Assembly: GCF_009834535.1 (NCBI RefSeq)
Contig: NC_045696.1
Coordinates: 75,084,001 to 75,148,000, forward strand
Direction: 5' to 3'
Source of the DNA: Camelus ferus
Lineage: Eukaryota
DNA length: 64,000 bases
The notes beneath the pieces are model-generated. The model did not search any database. It saw only the letters and a list, made by a program, of their open reading frames with translations, and was not told the DNA's origin. How positions within the stretch are numbered: position 1 is the stretch's first letter; each line of letters starts with the position of its first letter. A program made the position numbers and the translations under genes. This document shows positions 1 to 11,761 of this stretch, in pieces.

Positions 1-360
1 CAAAATGTAAAATCATGAATTTTATGCTATGTGAATTTTATCATAATTTAAAAAGAGATGATCCCTTGCCCAGACCTGAGTCAGTTTTCAGGTCTAGAAC
101 CTGCTGAATGAAGAGGTGGCCAGATTCTCAAGAAGAAGTTCCCTGAAACATCACAGCAAATACATGCTCTGACAGTAGCCTCAGTCCTTGTCCAATGACC
201 TAAGTTCATTTATTCAGGTGACTGTTCTGTTCACTGAGGAAAGAGAACTGTCTGGACATGTTGAAGACTATTAGACACTACAGGAAATAAGTTGACACTG
301 ATAAACAAAATATCAAAGTGGCATCATGCCCCCTATTAGTCTGCTTGGGTTTGCAGTCCT

Positions 361-1190
361 AGTCACAATCAAGCAAGATAAAGAATTAAAGGAATTCAAA
401 TTGGAAAGAAAGAAGTAAAACTGTCACTGTTTGTAGATGACATGATACTATACATAGAAAATCCTAAAGACACCACCAAAAAACTACTAGAGTTTATGAA
501 TTTGGTAAAGTCACAAGATACAAAATTAGCATACAGAAATCTGTTGCATTCTATACACTAACAATGAACTATCAGAGAAATTTAAAAAATCCCATTTACC
601 ATGATATAAAAAACAATGTAATATCTAGGAATAAACCTACCTAAGGAGATAAAAGACCTGTATTCAGAAAACTATAAGACATTAAGGAAAGAAATTGAAG
701 ACAACACAAACAGACAGAGAGATATACCATATTCATGGATTGGAAGAATTAATACTGTGAAAATGACCATACTACTCAAGGCAATCTATAGATTCAATGT
801 AATCCTTATCAAAATACCAATGACATATTTTACAAAGTAGAACAAACAATTCTAATATTTGTATGGAAACACAGAAGACCCCAAATGGTGAAAACAATCT
901 TTAGAAAGAAGAACAGAGCTAGAGGTTTCATGCCTGTCTTTTGACTATACTACAAAGTTACAATAATCAAAGCAGTATAGTACTGGAACAAAAATAGATC
1001 AATGGAACAAAAATGATCAATGGAACAGAATACAGAGCCCAGAAATAAATTCACACTTATATAGTCAATTAATCTATGACAAAGGAGGCAAGAATATACA
1101 ATGAAGGAAAGACAGTCTCTTCAGTAAATGGTATTGTGAAAACTGGACAGCTACATGCAGAAGAATCAAACCAGACTCCCTATAAACAAT
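361..1190 (+). mobile_element. L1 (LINE-1) ORF2 fragment, degraded
   Basis: Recognisable L1 ORF2 sequence from the reverse-transcriptase region onward (e.g. gaagtaaaactgtcactgtttgtagatgacatgatactatacatagaaaatcctaaaga; catggattggaagaattaat). The frame is broken and boundaries are approximate. Confidence 0.9.
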
Positions 1191-1849
1191 GTGTCCATTT
1201 AAAAAATTTTAATATAAAGTATGTATACATAAACAAAATCAGTTCAGAAAATTCTGTGTTTTCTACGGAGACATGAAGGATTACTCTCCCCAAATGGCCT
1301 ATGTACACTAGCTGTGGGTGTGATTGCTAAACAATCATTGTATTTATGAAGCCATTTCTAGAAAACAGTCAATTTGGTTTGTTGGTGGTTGTACTGGAAG
1401 GTGTGTTTCAGCCAAAGAAATAGCCTTAATTTCCTGCAGTAGTTTGTCTACTACTAGGGCACATGTTGCTATAGTTAGATCTCCTTGACAGTTTAATTAA
1501 TGATTAAAAAATAAGCATACAACCCTGTGAATGTACTTAATGGCACTGAACTGAACACTTAAAAATAGTGAACATGGTAAGTTTATGTTATGTATATTTT
1601 ACCCCTCCCCCCATCCCCAGCAAATACTACTATGGGAGAATTTACAAGTTAATAAAATGTTAGAGTTTGAATTTCCTCAGCTCATCATGAAAGTGTTGAA
1701 GTTGACTATGAGAGGATGTGACATTTTAGCTTTAGGCAGTCTCTTCCTAGTCTTTACTGCCTTGCAAGTGAAGCTCCAGGGGTCAAGAGAAAGTGTTCTC
1801 TATCTGTTTCTCTTTCCCACTTTGACGCGGGGGAGAGGGCAAACGTTCT

Positions 1850-2850
1850 TGTGTGATTGGAGACCATTGAGAAGGCAGCCACACTATTCTTCCTCCATCC
1901 CGGGAAATGTGCAGTTTAAAGTTTCTGTCGCAGCAGTTTAAAGAATCCTGGATATTCTAGCAGCTCCACTCAGCGACTTTAGCGGCAATCAGCGGACTGA
2001 GGGCGGGGCTGGAATGAAAAAGGTTTGGAACTCAAAGATACGAGATGAAAGTTGCAAAAACCCTGCCCAGGTTTCTGCTCTGGATCAACTTTCCAGGTTA
2101 TATGATGAAGAGCTCTTACAATTGGTGGTGGTGCGCCGTTCCTCTGACTCGTTCCTTTGCGCCCTACACCAGCTCAGCACCCCTGCGTTCACAGTCCTCG
2201 CACCTCGTGAGCGCGCACCCCACCCGCCGGTGTTGCTGGAGCCTCCGCCACCGCCGCAGTCGCAGTCTCTGCCGCCGCGGGGCCTCCTCCGCCAGGCACA
2301 TGCGCACTAGCGACGCCGGGCCGGCGCCTTCAGTCTCCTCCTCCGCCGCCTCCCGGTTCCGCAGTCACTTCCTGCAGCTGTTTCCCTGTGGGTCCGGTCG
2401 GACTGAGTTTTGACAGTCAGCCTTCAGCAGCCAAGGGGGTTCTGCGGGGCCAGCCGCGAAAGTTGCTCGGAGGCAGGCGGAGTTGAACCAGGCCGAGCCG
2501 GGCGCCCAGGACAGACGGCGGCGGACTTCCCGGGCGGACGCGGCGCAGACTCTCCGCGGCGCGTCCCGGGGGTTCCGGTAAGTGCGGGCGATCGCGAGTC
2601 TCGGAGCATTTAGGACGAGCCCAGGAACTACGGGACTAGCGGTTCCTTTCCGGTGCGGGCTTTCCACCTGCCCTCCACGTGACTGGCTTGCGCTGCTTTT
2701 ATTTATCTGTTTGTTTTTAAGCAGCATTTCACGTGTACTCTTTGGATCATCTAGGCGTGCAGCTGCCTTGGCCCTGGCGCTTGCCCCAGCCCCGTGGGAG
2801 ACCGGGGATTCCATCTTTCGTGATGGCATCCTTACGGAATTGAGGTGCGT
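1850..2850 (+). promoter_or_regulatory. ZMAT3: ZMAT3 CpG-island promoter
   Basis: CpG-dense from about 2130 to 2840 against an AT-rich background. Motifs: GC box GGGCGGGGC at 2001-2009, inverted CCAAT (GATTGG) at ~1855, NRF1-like GCACATGCGCA at ~2296, ETS-like CACTTCCTG at ~2367, and CACGTG E-boxes at 2676 and 2730. Confidence 0.85.
2360..2577 (+). other. ZMAT3: ZMAT3 non-coding exon 1 (5' end approximate)
   Basis: Lies in the CpG island and ends at the consensus donor CCG|GTAAGT (GT at 2578). There is no ATG in 2360-2577. The TSS is inferred. Confidence 0.7.
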
Positions 2851-3987
2851 GCATGTGTGTGTGTGCACTCTTGTGTGTATGCATGCACATTTTAGGAATG
2901 TAAGGTATATGTGGGCGATGCTGAAGTATATGTAGCTTTAATTCAAATATGTAGAAGGTTCCCTAGGATTAGGAACCGTCATAGCTAAGTCTGAAAAACA
3001 TTCGCCAATTCACCGAGGCCTCTTCTACCCCCAAATTCCTGCGTTCTTTTGAGTCTTTCTTATATGATATACCTTACCTCATCTGATCATTTTTCTATTT
3101 TTCTCTCTCCTATTCCTGCTCCCTGCGTTCTGTTGACCACTGAATGATGGTCACCGGCTTTCCCTCCTGTCCAGATTTCCCAATTACAGACTTCCCTAGT
3201 TTGCTGAGGTGCTAGTAACCTGTCCCTTTATTGTGTTCTCTTTCCTCAGAAGATTTCTCAAAATGAGAAAGTGCTTGTCTTTAATACGGTATGTGACGGA
3301 GTAGGCCCAGTCCAATCATGAAAACTAAGTATGCTTTGATCATTCGTTTTCTTTAAACAGGTATAATGTGAAGCTTTGATTTTCTTTATTGTCCCCTTAA
3401 CCCCTTCGAATCAGAACATTAACCATCGTAAATCCTTCATTTATGCCACTTCAAGCATCATATTGAATGGCTTTTATGGTTTGAGGAATATTTTATTTAC
3501 ATCAGCCATCATGTTAGTTTCTTTCAATCAAATGCAGTAGTTAAACAGATCTGAGTCGCATCTGTTTTGAGTATCTTTGTATCTTTATATTCCATCATGT
3601 CTGCTTTCACCAAAGCCTTCGTTTTAGTATTTCTTTTAGATTTTTATTTTATGCTAAGTTTTTCTTTTTTTGGCATGTATAGTAATACCTGATGTAATTG
3701 TCCTGCACAGGTTCTTTTGGGGGAGTTGACATCATTTTGATTGTTAAATATTATAAGAAAGAATTTTGGACTATTTATTCTTTAAATATTATCAAGGTAA
3801 AATGTAATCATGGCAAGTCTCTACTTGGTGAGAATCTTTTCTTCAATGCAGGGAATTTTATCACCTCTGGAAGGGGGCCTCTTGTACCTCTGTCCTTTGA
3901 GAAGGTCCTTTATTTTGATGGAAACCTGTAGACAACACTGGGTTAGATGCACGCTGGTATTTCCTCAAGTGGGAGTGAGCTTTCATA

Positions 3988-4007
3988 AAACAAGTCCAGA
4001 CATGTCT
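3988..4007. promoter_or_regulatory. p53 response element in ZMAT3 intron 1
   Basis: AAACAAGTCC AGACATGTCT is two perfect RRRCWWGYYY half-sites with no spacer. ZMAT3 is an established direct p53 target with an intron-1 element. Confidence 0.93.
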
Positions 4008-6077
4008 AGGCAATTGGTAGCATTAGATTTTCTGTTTATATTGCTGATTTCCTTTATCCACATGTTTTAACACCTTCCTCCATCATTTCTCTTCTGAGCT
4101 GGCAGCTTGTCATTGGCACTTTGGTATCCAGTATGTCTCTGTACAGGTGGTAGGTGTAGTCTTTTAATATTACGAATTATTATAATTAGGTAGTTAAACT
4201 TTTAAAAAAACATAGTTCTCCTTCGTTTTCCTTTTTAAAATATCTGTATCTGTCTTTGCTTGATTTGAGAGGAATAATGTGATTATAGAGAACCTGACTT
4301 TAAGTGTTCTAAATCTATAATGCCTTTATTAAAATGTTCTCAGAGATATGGACAGCATTTGTCTGCTTGAGAGTAGAATAATATATTTTTTTCTAAATAT
4401 TTTGTTTAATGAGAAGTATTATTAAATACCATGACTAATAATTTATATCCTTGGCCCATTGCACTGATATTCTCTGTTGCCCCTGACCCTGAATTTAGTA
4501 TAAAAGTTGTTACTTGGTTGCAGTTTCCACATGTGTATACTTATTAACTGTGGTAAAAGAGTCTTTTAACTTCCCAAAACGTTCTTGGTTAATTTTAGTC
4601 AATCTATTATTGTCATAAAATGTACACATTTCTATTGCAGATGGAAAATTTCAGCAGCTTAAAATAGCCATATTCAATTGACTAAGAAAAGAGGTTTTAA
4701 TAGTATTGAGAGTGGAAGGAATAGAGGATTTTGAAATAAGGATTTTAATTTGGGTTAATTAGAATCGTGGGAACTCAAAGCACATACTGTGGTTCATTTT
4801 GAGATACTCAGGGGTAGAAGTTGCTATCAGTGGGAGGCAGGAGAAATCATGTATAAAATTAAAGAGGGATTGGAACATACTGGGTCTTTTCTGAGGGAAA
4901 CAGAATAAACACTATCAGTTATTTAATAAGAAGGGGAACAAACAGTTGAAAGACTGAGGAACTAGAATTACATTGGGGCTTATGGTAGTGTGACCCAGTA
5001 TTCCGTAGGACACTTACTTAATACATTATTCTGTGTAGGTGATTTACTTCTAGAGGGAGAGAAAACATTCTGATGTTATAGGGGACTCATGAATACAGTT
5101 TAAGGCTATATGAGGTGGGGTCCTACACTCAAGCCTATAGGAAGCAGGCTGAGTGGGGACTGAGGTGGCCTGGAGAAGGCAAGCTTGGCTACCCAGGATG
5201 GCACCTCTCCCCACTAACTAGCTAATTGTTGCCCATGTCAGACCCTCGGCCAAGTGTTGCCAGATCATCCTTTTATCAAGAGAAGCCACAGATCTTTTGA
5301 TTTTTAAATGTTGATGACTAATTCAATTTAAAAAAATGAAAGCAAAACAAAACACTGTATTTTCCAAGCAGAACATATCTGTGACTGCATGTGGCCTACA
5401 GGTTGTCTGTTTGCAGCCTTTCCTCTGAAAAGTCATTGGCTCAATTATTTAAATATTTCTAGTTGGTAAGAAAGTACATTTATTTGTCTTTGTCCCATGG
5501 TAGCTCTGAGTTATTCCCAGAGTTCCTTGATATTTTAGCTAGTTTCAGATGAAGCATTCTGAGGAGTGACACTCTTTATTTCACTTCTTTTGATAGCATT
5601 TTGATGGAATGGAGATATTTGCTAAGGTTCTTTGCTGATAGTTTTTTTTTTTTTGTCTATCTGTGAGTATCATCAAGAGTGTTTAAGTGTGCCTGAGGGA
5701 AGGGGTCTGGGCTAGGTGACCTTTGATGTCCATTTCAGCCATGTGACATTTAGATTTAATTAGCCACGGATGCAATGCTATTAATGTTCACTGGGCCAGA
5801 GGGATCTCAGCTGGAGCTGTGCCATGCAAAATCAAGCCAAATCTATAAAGCTGTTCTCAGTGGAAGAGCATTGTGTCAATGTGGATTAACAGACAGAGGA
5901 AGTCTACTAGATGCGGCAGAAAAGAAAGAAGTCCCAAAGATGATTTGGAGAAGTAGAGGAAAGGGTCAGACGGTCTAGTCATTTACATGTCGTATTGCTG
6001 AGGACACATTTTTAAGTAAGTATTTTTTTGCTGTTAATTCAGATTTGAAGACCCAACTTCTTGTCACCCACTGGATT

Positions 6078-6137
6078 ATGCCCAAGGCTTTCCTACCCAA
6101 TGATCCTCTTGCAACACGCCGGGCTTCCTCTGCCTAA
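6078..6137 (+). other. Out-of-frame uORF overlapping the ZMAT3 start codon (19 aa, MPKAFLPNDPLATRRASSA*)
   Basis: ATG at 6078 lies 22 nt before the main ATG at 6100, and TAA is at 6135-6137. Translation is not demonstrated. Confidence 0.6.
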
Positions 6138-6369
6138 GCGGCCCTCATCCTCTCCTCCTATGTCAGTGGCCGCCAGGTCTACAGGAACCTTGCAGCTTCC
6201 ACCGCAGAAGGCTTTTGGGCAGGAGGCTTCCTTGCCTCTGGCCGGGGAAGAAGAGTTACCTAAGGGAGGGGAGCAAGACTCTGCCCTGGAGGAGCTGTGT
6301 AAGCCCCTGTACTGCAAGCTCTGCAATGTCACCTTGAACTCAGCACAGCAAGCCCAGGCTCATTATCAG
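6100..6369 (+). CDS. ZMAT3: ZMAT3 exon 2, coding part (exon starts at 6043); N-terminus and most of zinc finger 1
   Basis: Acceptor ttaattcag|A at 6042/6043. Encodes MILLQHAGLPLPKRPSSSPPMSVAARS...LYCKLCNVTLNSAQQAQAHYQ. Donor CAG|GTAAGG at 6369/6370; 270 nt. Confidence 0.97.
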
Positions 6370-9300
6370 GTAAGGGAAGCAAAGAAAAATCAGGCGTTTA
6401 GTGGGAGAACATTTTAGGGCTCTGCTCATTTCAGTTGTCCCTGAAATGACCAAGTGTGCTTGGAATAATAAGGTGGTCTTAAGTATTAGTTTGTTTGGCT
6501 AAAAGTACAATGTTCCTACTTTGAAAGAAAGCATCACTTTTCACAGAACTGGGTCTCTCTCAGCCTCCTACACTTAGCTTACCAGTCGCTGTAGGCAAAT
6601 GTGAATCATCTATGTGTGTTAGAACCTGTGATCCTAAGGAGAACAGGTATTTGAAACGTGATGTACCAAACTCAATTCGGTGTCAAATTGTTTAGAACAA
6701 TAAACATTCTCTTCCAGCTAATATAATTTATATCAGTTCAGGGTACTCTCTACCTATGAATCTTATCCTTTTTCTTATGACCTCTAACTCTTCCTGCATA
6801 TCCTGTCACTGCTAAGGAAAACACAGGTATCTTTCTGTAGTGAAAATAAAGTGACATTGGAATACTGAGCCCTGTCCTTCTTTCATAATAATCATACTGT
6901 GATTCATTTTAGTCTGTTAGTATGAACTGTTACTTATTTCTAGGATTTAAAGCTTTTACCTCCATGTAGAATAGCTAGTGGAAAGGACAATTTTAAAGGG
7001 TATTATTACCTAAGAACAAATAGAAAATTAAATTTTGGCTAGAAAGAGACAGTACAGTATTTCTTTTTATTCTAGATTGTTTTCTGTGTGTAAAACTGTG
7101 TAACTTCCTTTTTTTTTTTTTTTTGAGAAAAGAGACCCAAGAAGCCATTGAGACCAAATGCCATTGAATGAAAGTACCTATTCTGGGTCATCACTGATTT
7201 GACTAATATTTGAAATAATAAGACAATATGGTAGAAAGATGACTGTTACAAAGATATTTCTTCTATCGTGCCTCTATAACTTTCTCCAGCTTAAAGTTTT
7301 CATTTACTCTGGGTGTAAGTCTTTTTTGTTTTGATCTTCAAAGCTGATAATTATGTCACTTTGTGACTGTGCATCAGAAATACTTTGTCGGTGAATTGTT
7401 TTCTCTGGGATTTAGGGGAAGCATGCTGTGTTACTTCTCTTGAGTTCCCTTTGTTTGGGTTTGTTTTGCTCTCTGGTGCAAAGAGTTGAGTTAATTATAT
7501 CACTCAGCTCTTGGCACCTGTCATTATTGGTTCATAAAGGCCTCTTGTGTTTTATTTACACTTTTTATCTTTTTCCACCTCCTACTCTCTCTCTGTGTAC
7601 CACTCCCCATGACAATGGTTTGATACGGGGTCTTCCTTTGCCGGTTTTACCACTCAGTTGGAGTCTGGTAGGATGATGCATCTCAAATCCAAGACCCAGT
7701 GCTAGCTTTTGTCTTCATTTGTTCCTATGGAATGTTCTGTTTTATGGCCTGAGGAACACTTGGAGAAATCAAGCCTGGTTTCTAAAGTTTTGATATTTAG
7801 CTATATAAAGCCCTTAATAAATCATTAACTTGGGAACAAACCCACTTGTGTGTCATACACATATATAATTACCTTTTACAGAAGAGTTGTTTACTTTTAT
7901 GAGGGAAAACTCTTGGGCAATGTGTAATTTTAATGTGTGCATGGATTATCCATGAACCTCCTGCCTATTTTTCTCCTAGTATCACTTTGTGGCTTTCCAG
8001 ACAGTGGTGGATACTTCTGGTTATGCATAGAGAAAATTCAGTTTGAGCAAGGACATTGGATTATAAGGCTTAAATTTGATGAGAAAGAGAATCAGCATTT
8101 ATTTAGGTTTTTTCTTTTCTTCTACATTTGTGTGTATGTGCTCTCTGAACTTTTTAGCTGATGCGTAGTAATTATACTCAATTTCAGCTCCCTCAGTGAG
8201 TCAGTGAATATATAAATTAGGAAATATAAGAAAATAGAAGTAAATTTTAGATAAATTTCTCAGTAATCAGAATTTTTAAGTGGAAAAGTTGGTGGAAAGG
8301 GATAGCCTGTCATAGAAACAATTTAGGTAGCCAAGAACTAAGGAAAGTTAGAGTAAAGAAGAAGCAAGTGGGTATTAAGAGAATGGAAACTAATGGAAAG
8401 TGAAAAGTGTGGGTATAATAAAAGCAGGTTCCTCAGAGCTTATACGCAAAGATTTGAATGAAACCAGTGCTGCTGGTAGTTCTTAAAGAGGAAGAAGTTT
8501 TTTTTTGTAGAGAAACAAAGCAAAGCAGTATGAAAGTACAGGGCAGTTTCATTAGGATAGCATAAAAGAAAGATAATATAGAAGTGAAATATGGATTTTA
8601 ACAAGGTAGAAATGGTGACGATGAGAGAGAGTATGGATCAAAGAGTAATAAACAATCAGAGCATGACCATAACCTAAAGGTGGGTGAACCAACATATAAG
8701 GAAGGCATAGAAATGTTAGCCTGAAAGATGCGTCAAAGACTACACCAAGCATACAAGAATAGGCAGTGATTTTAAAAGGCTACTAAAGACAAGGGTAAGA
8801 CCAATAAGTAAGGCTTACCAAGAACCAGAAATAGGCAGAGTGTAGACTAAGAAAGCAAAGTGGTTGGTGAGATGATGGAAGTCAAGTTTTATTTCATCTC
8901 TAAAAACCTGCTTCGTAATTTTTTAATACAGAGTGATACCAAGATCACAAATTCATTTTTTCAGTTATGTGTGAGATGAAAGGGCTCAGTGGTAGCCTTT
9001 TTGTAAGCTGGACACACATTCGTGTGAAGTGATAAATCACTGTTGATTACATTATTCAAAAACGTTTGAGTCAGTTGATACCATTGTTAAAATCTCAAAG
9101 TCTCAGATTGCCCAGAGTATTGTAAACAATCTTCGGTCTGGTTTGAGCGGTTTTATACTAGAGTCTGACCATATCATGTTCCAGTAATCCAGGCCACACA
9201 ATGGAAACTGCTCAATAAATACTTCCCTTTAAGCTCACTACCGTCTTTCCCTGCCATATTCCTGTTGCTAAACTGGGGCTGCCTTAGCAATGACCCACAC

Positions 9301-10089
9301 GTAGCAGTGGTCATCACAGATTTACTTTTATTCCCAGACTTTTTAACCCAGTCACCATGCTTCAGAATACCCTTAGCTGTTGTTTTATTTCTAATGAGAT
9401 TACCTATTTTTGCAGTCTCAGAATTATGGCTTTACTTATATCTTAATTTAAAATAAAACCTTTGGAGGAAAAACATGTCTTCATTTTATTAAAATCTGTC
9501 TGCAGACTTCAGGTTACTTAGGGCAAGCCTGGCATGGAGTAACATAGCACTGTTTCAGCAGCATAAATGCCCAGAGGAAGAACTACTGTAGGATGGAAGG
9601 CTATTAACAGAAATTTAAAAAGCAAAAAGCATGGATAAATTTTGCCAAGACAGCCACAGTTTAAAATAAAGTTAATGAGTTTTTCTACTCATTTGCGTAC
9701 GCATTGAAAAAGAACTGATAATTCAGAGTACCTTTCTAAAATCTGTCATAAACATGGATTTTTATTTTTAATATTTAGTAGCCAAATAACAACCTACCAT
9801 AGTAATTAGATTAATTTGAAAGGGAGATGGAGCACATGTGAAAAAAAGTAGCTCTTGAATTATAGTACTAAAGTAGTGATATTAACTCATAATACAGAGA
9901 ATGCAATTGATGTTATTTCCAAATTTAAAGTACTTATTTTGGCACATACATTTTCACATGAATCTCCTAGCTTTGGATTGCATGATCAGAAACCCTACTC
10001 TGAGCTAATTTTTTTGTTTTCAAAATGTTCCCATCTGATTGTTTTCCAAATGAACTTGCAGTGTACTGAGAATGGTCAAGATATGCTTC

Positions 10090-10560
10090 ATTAGTGGATA
10101 GACGCTCTCCATGATATGCTCACCAGCTTTCTGCCTCCTCAGTGGAGTCCACCCCTACATCATTTCTTTACATTTCGGAAGAATAGATATCCCTTCTTCT
10201 GTACAAGGCTGATTCCTCACCTGGCACTCTGGATTTCATTACCTGTTATCTGTTCTTCATCTCAATCCAGTTAAAACCATGCTCAAGTTTTTTTTCCATA
10301 TAAATAAAGGTAGCAACAGCAACCTCCCCTTTCCTTTTAATCCCTCTTATTAGCAACCTTTCTCCTTTTCTCTCCTGTCCTTAGAGTTCTGCTAGGTATA
10401 CTTGTCCTCTTCAGGTCTTCATTTTCCATTCATTTCCCAGCCCACCAAACTCTGGTGACCATTCCAATATTCTATGGAAATGATCCTGTTCAAGTTCATC
10501 TGTGATCTTTCAGGCCAAATCTAGCTCTTTCTCATTTGACCTCTTTGTGGCATTTGCTGC
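10090..10560 (+). mobile_element. L2 fragment (old)
   Basis: Pyrimidine-rich L2-like ORF2 remnant; highly diverged. Confidence 0.5.
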
Positions 10561-11599
10561 TGGTAACAGCTTCCTCCTTAAAACATTCTAAGGTATTTTG
10601 CTCAATATCATGCCTGCAGATCAAAGGGCTTGTAATGAAAAGTGGTTATCACCTGTTCTCCCTTCTGCACCCGTACCCTACCTTTTCTTCTCCGTTCTTC
10701 TTGCTACCTCCCATCTTGGGTTGGCTGTAATTTTATTTTGACACTGTCAAGGTTTATTCTTATTTATGCTGTAATCAAATGAAGTTCCCCATCCTCCATT
10801 TGCAGGTTGATCCCCATTGTTGAAAACTGATATTCAGCTTTTGCATTATTATCAGTAGGGAAATGTTCACTGCAAAGTTGTTTCTTACTCTTTGTCGCCA
10901 ATGTCATGATTCCATACTACTTAAAAGAGATGTTCAAATGGATAGCCCTTTCTTGAATGTCACCAGTTGCTCAGAAATCACATCTATTTTAGTTTGCATC
11001 ATATGTGGGTTATAACTTTGAAACAGCTTTTTGTTTTTCTCTGAATTTCGTACTTTTTTTTTTCTTTAAGTAGGGGAAAGAATCTTATGCCTTAAAAAAG
11101 TCTACTAGCTTCTTAATTCTTGTTATTATTTACAATCCACTTCAATTACTTCATGAAACCCACTGATTTCCTGTTCTAATTTGGACTAGTTGTTTTGCAT
11201 TTGGATCATGACTTCATTGTGTAGCTTTTTGTATTTCCTACAGTTTTTAATTGTTTTCCTCTTTCCCCTTCTTTTTCTTACATAATGTATCTTTATCATA
11301 GCTTCATTTTCCTCTCCAGACTCTCGATCACTCTATCTATTGTGTGTTAGCCCACTTTTTATCCTGGATCTGTCTATCTTCTTGCTCCATTTTCAACTGG
11401 TTGCCCCCTGGGTTTGCTGCACAGCTGTTAATTTTGAACTTCTCTTTGTTGATCTATGGTTTGAGCTGCTATTTTCTAAATACACATGTTTTCTTTTTTT
11501 TTTTAATTTTGTTTTGTTGGAGTACATCTTCACATTACTTGAAGGAAGAAAGGATAAATATAAATCTAAATGACAACATGTCTTTCTCTTTAAAGTGAA

Positions 11600-11727
11600 G
11601 GAATAATGGGAAATAAATTTTTCTGAGTTCTTATATGTCTAAAAATGTCTGTATTGGGTCTTCATATTTGACAGTTCAGTTCCAGCTTGAAAATTATTTT
11701 TCCTGGGAATATTTAAGGATGTACTCC

Positions 11728-11761
<34 letters not shown>

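Noticed and set aside
2014..2935. Six overlapping ORFs of 61-167 aa around the promoter
   Set aside because: GC-rich CpG-island sequence is poor in stop codons. There is no recognisable domain, and the region is explained as promoter, exon 1 and intron 1.
9471..9540. Second p53 element (AAACATGTCT at 9471, GGGCAAGCCT at 9521)
   Set aside because: The two half-sites are 40 bp apart and the adjacent partner halves do not match consensus. Isolated half-sites are common by chance.
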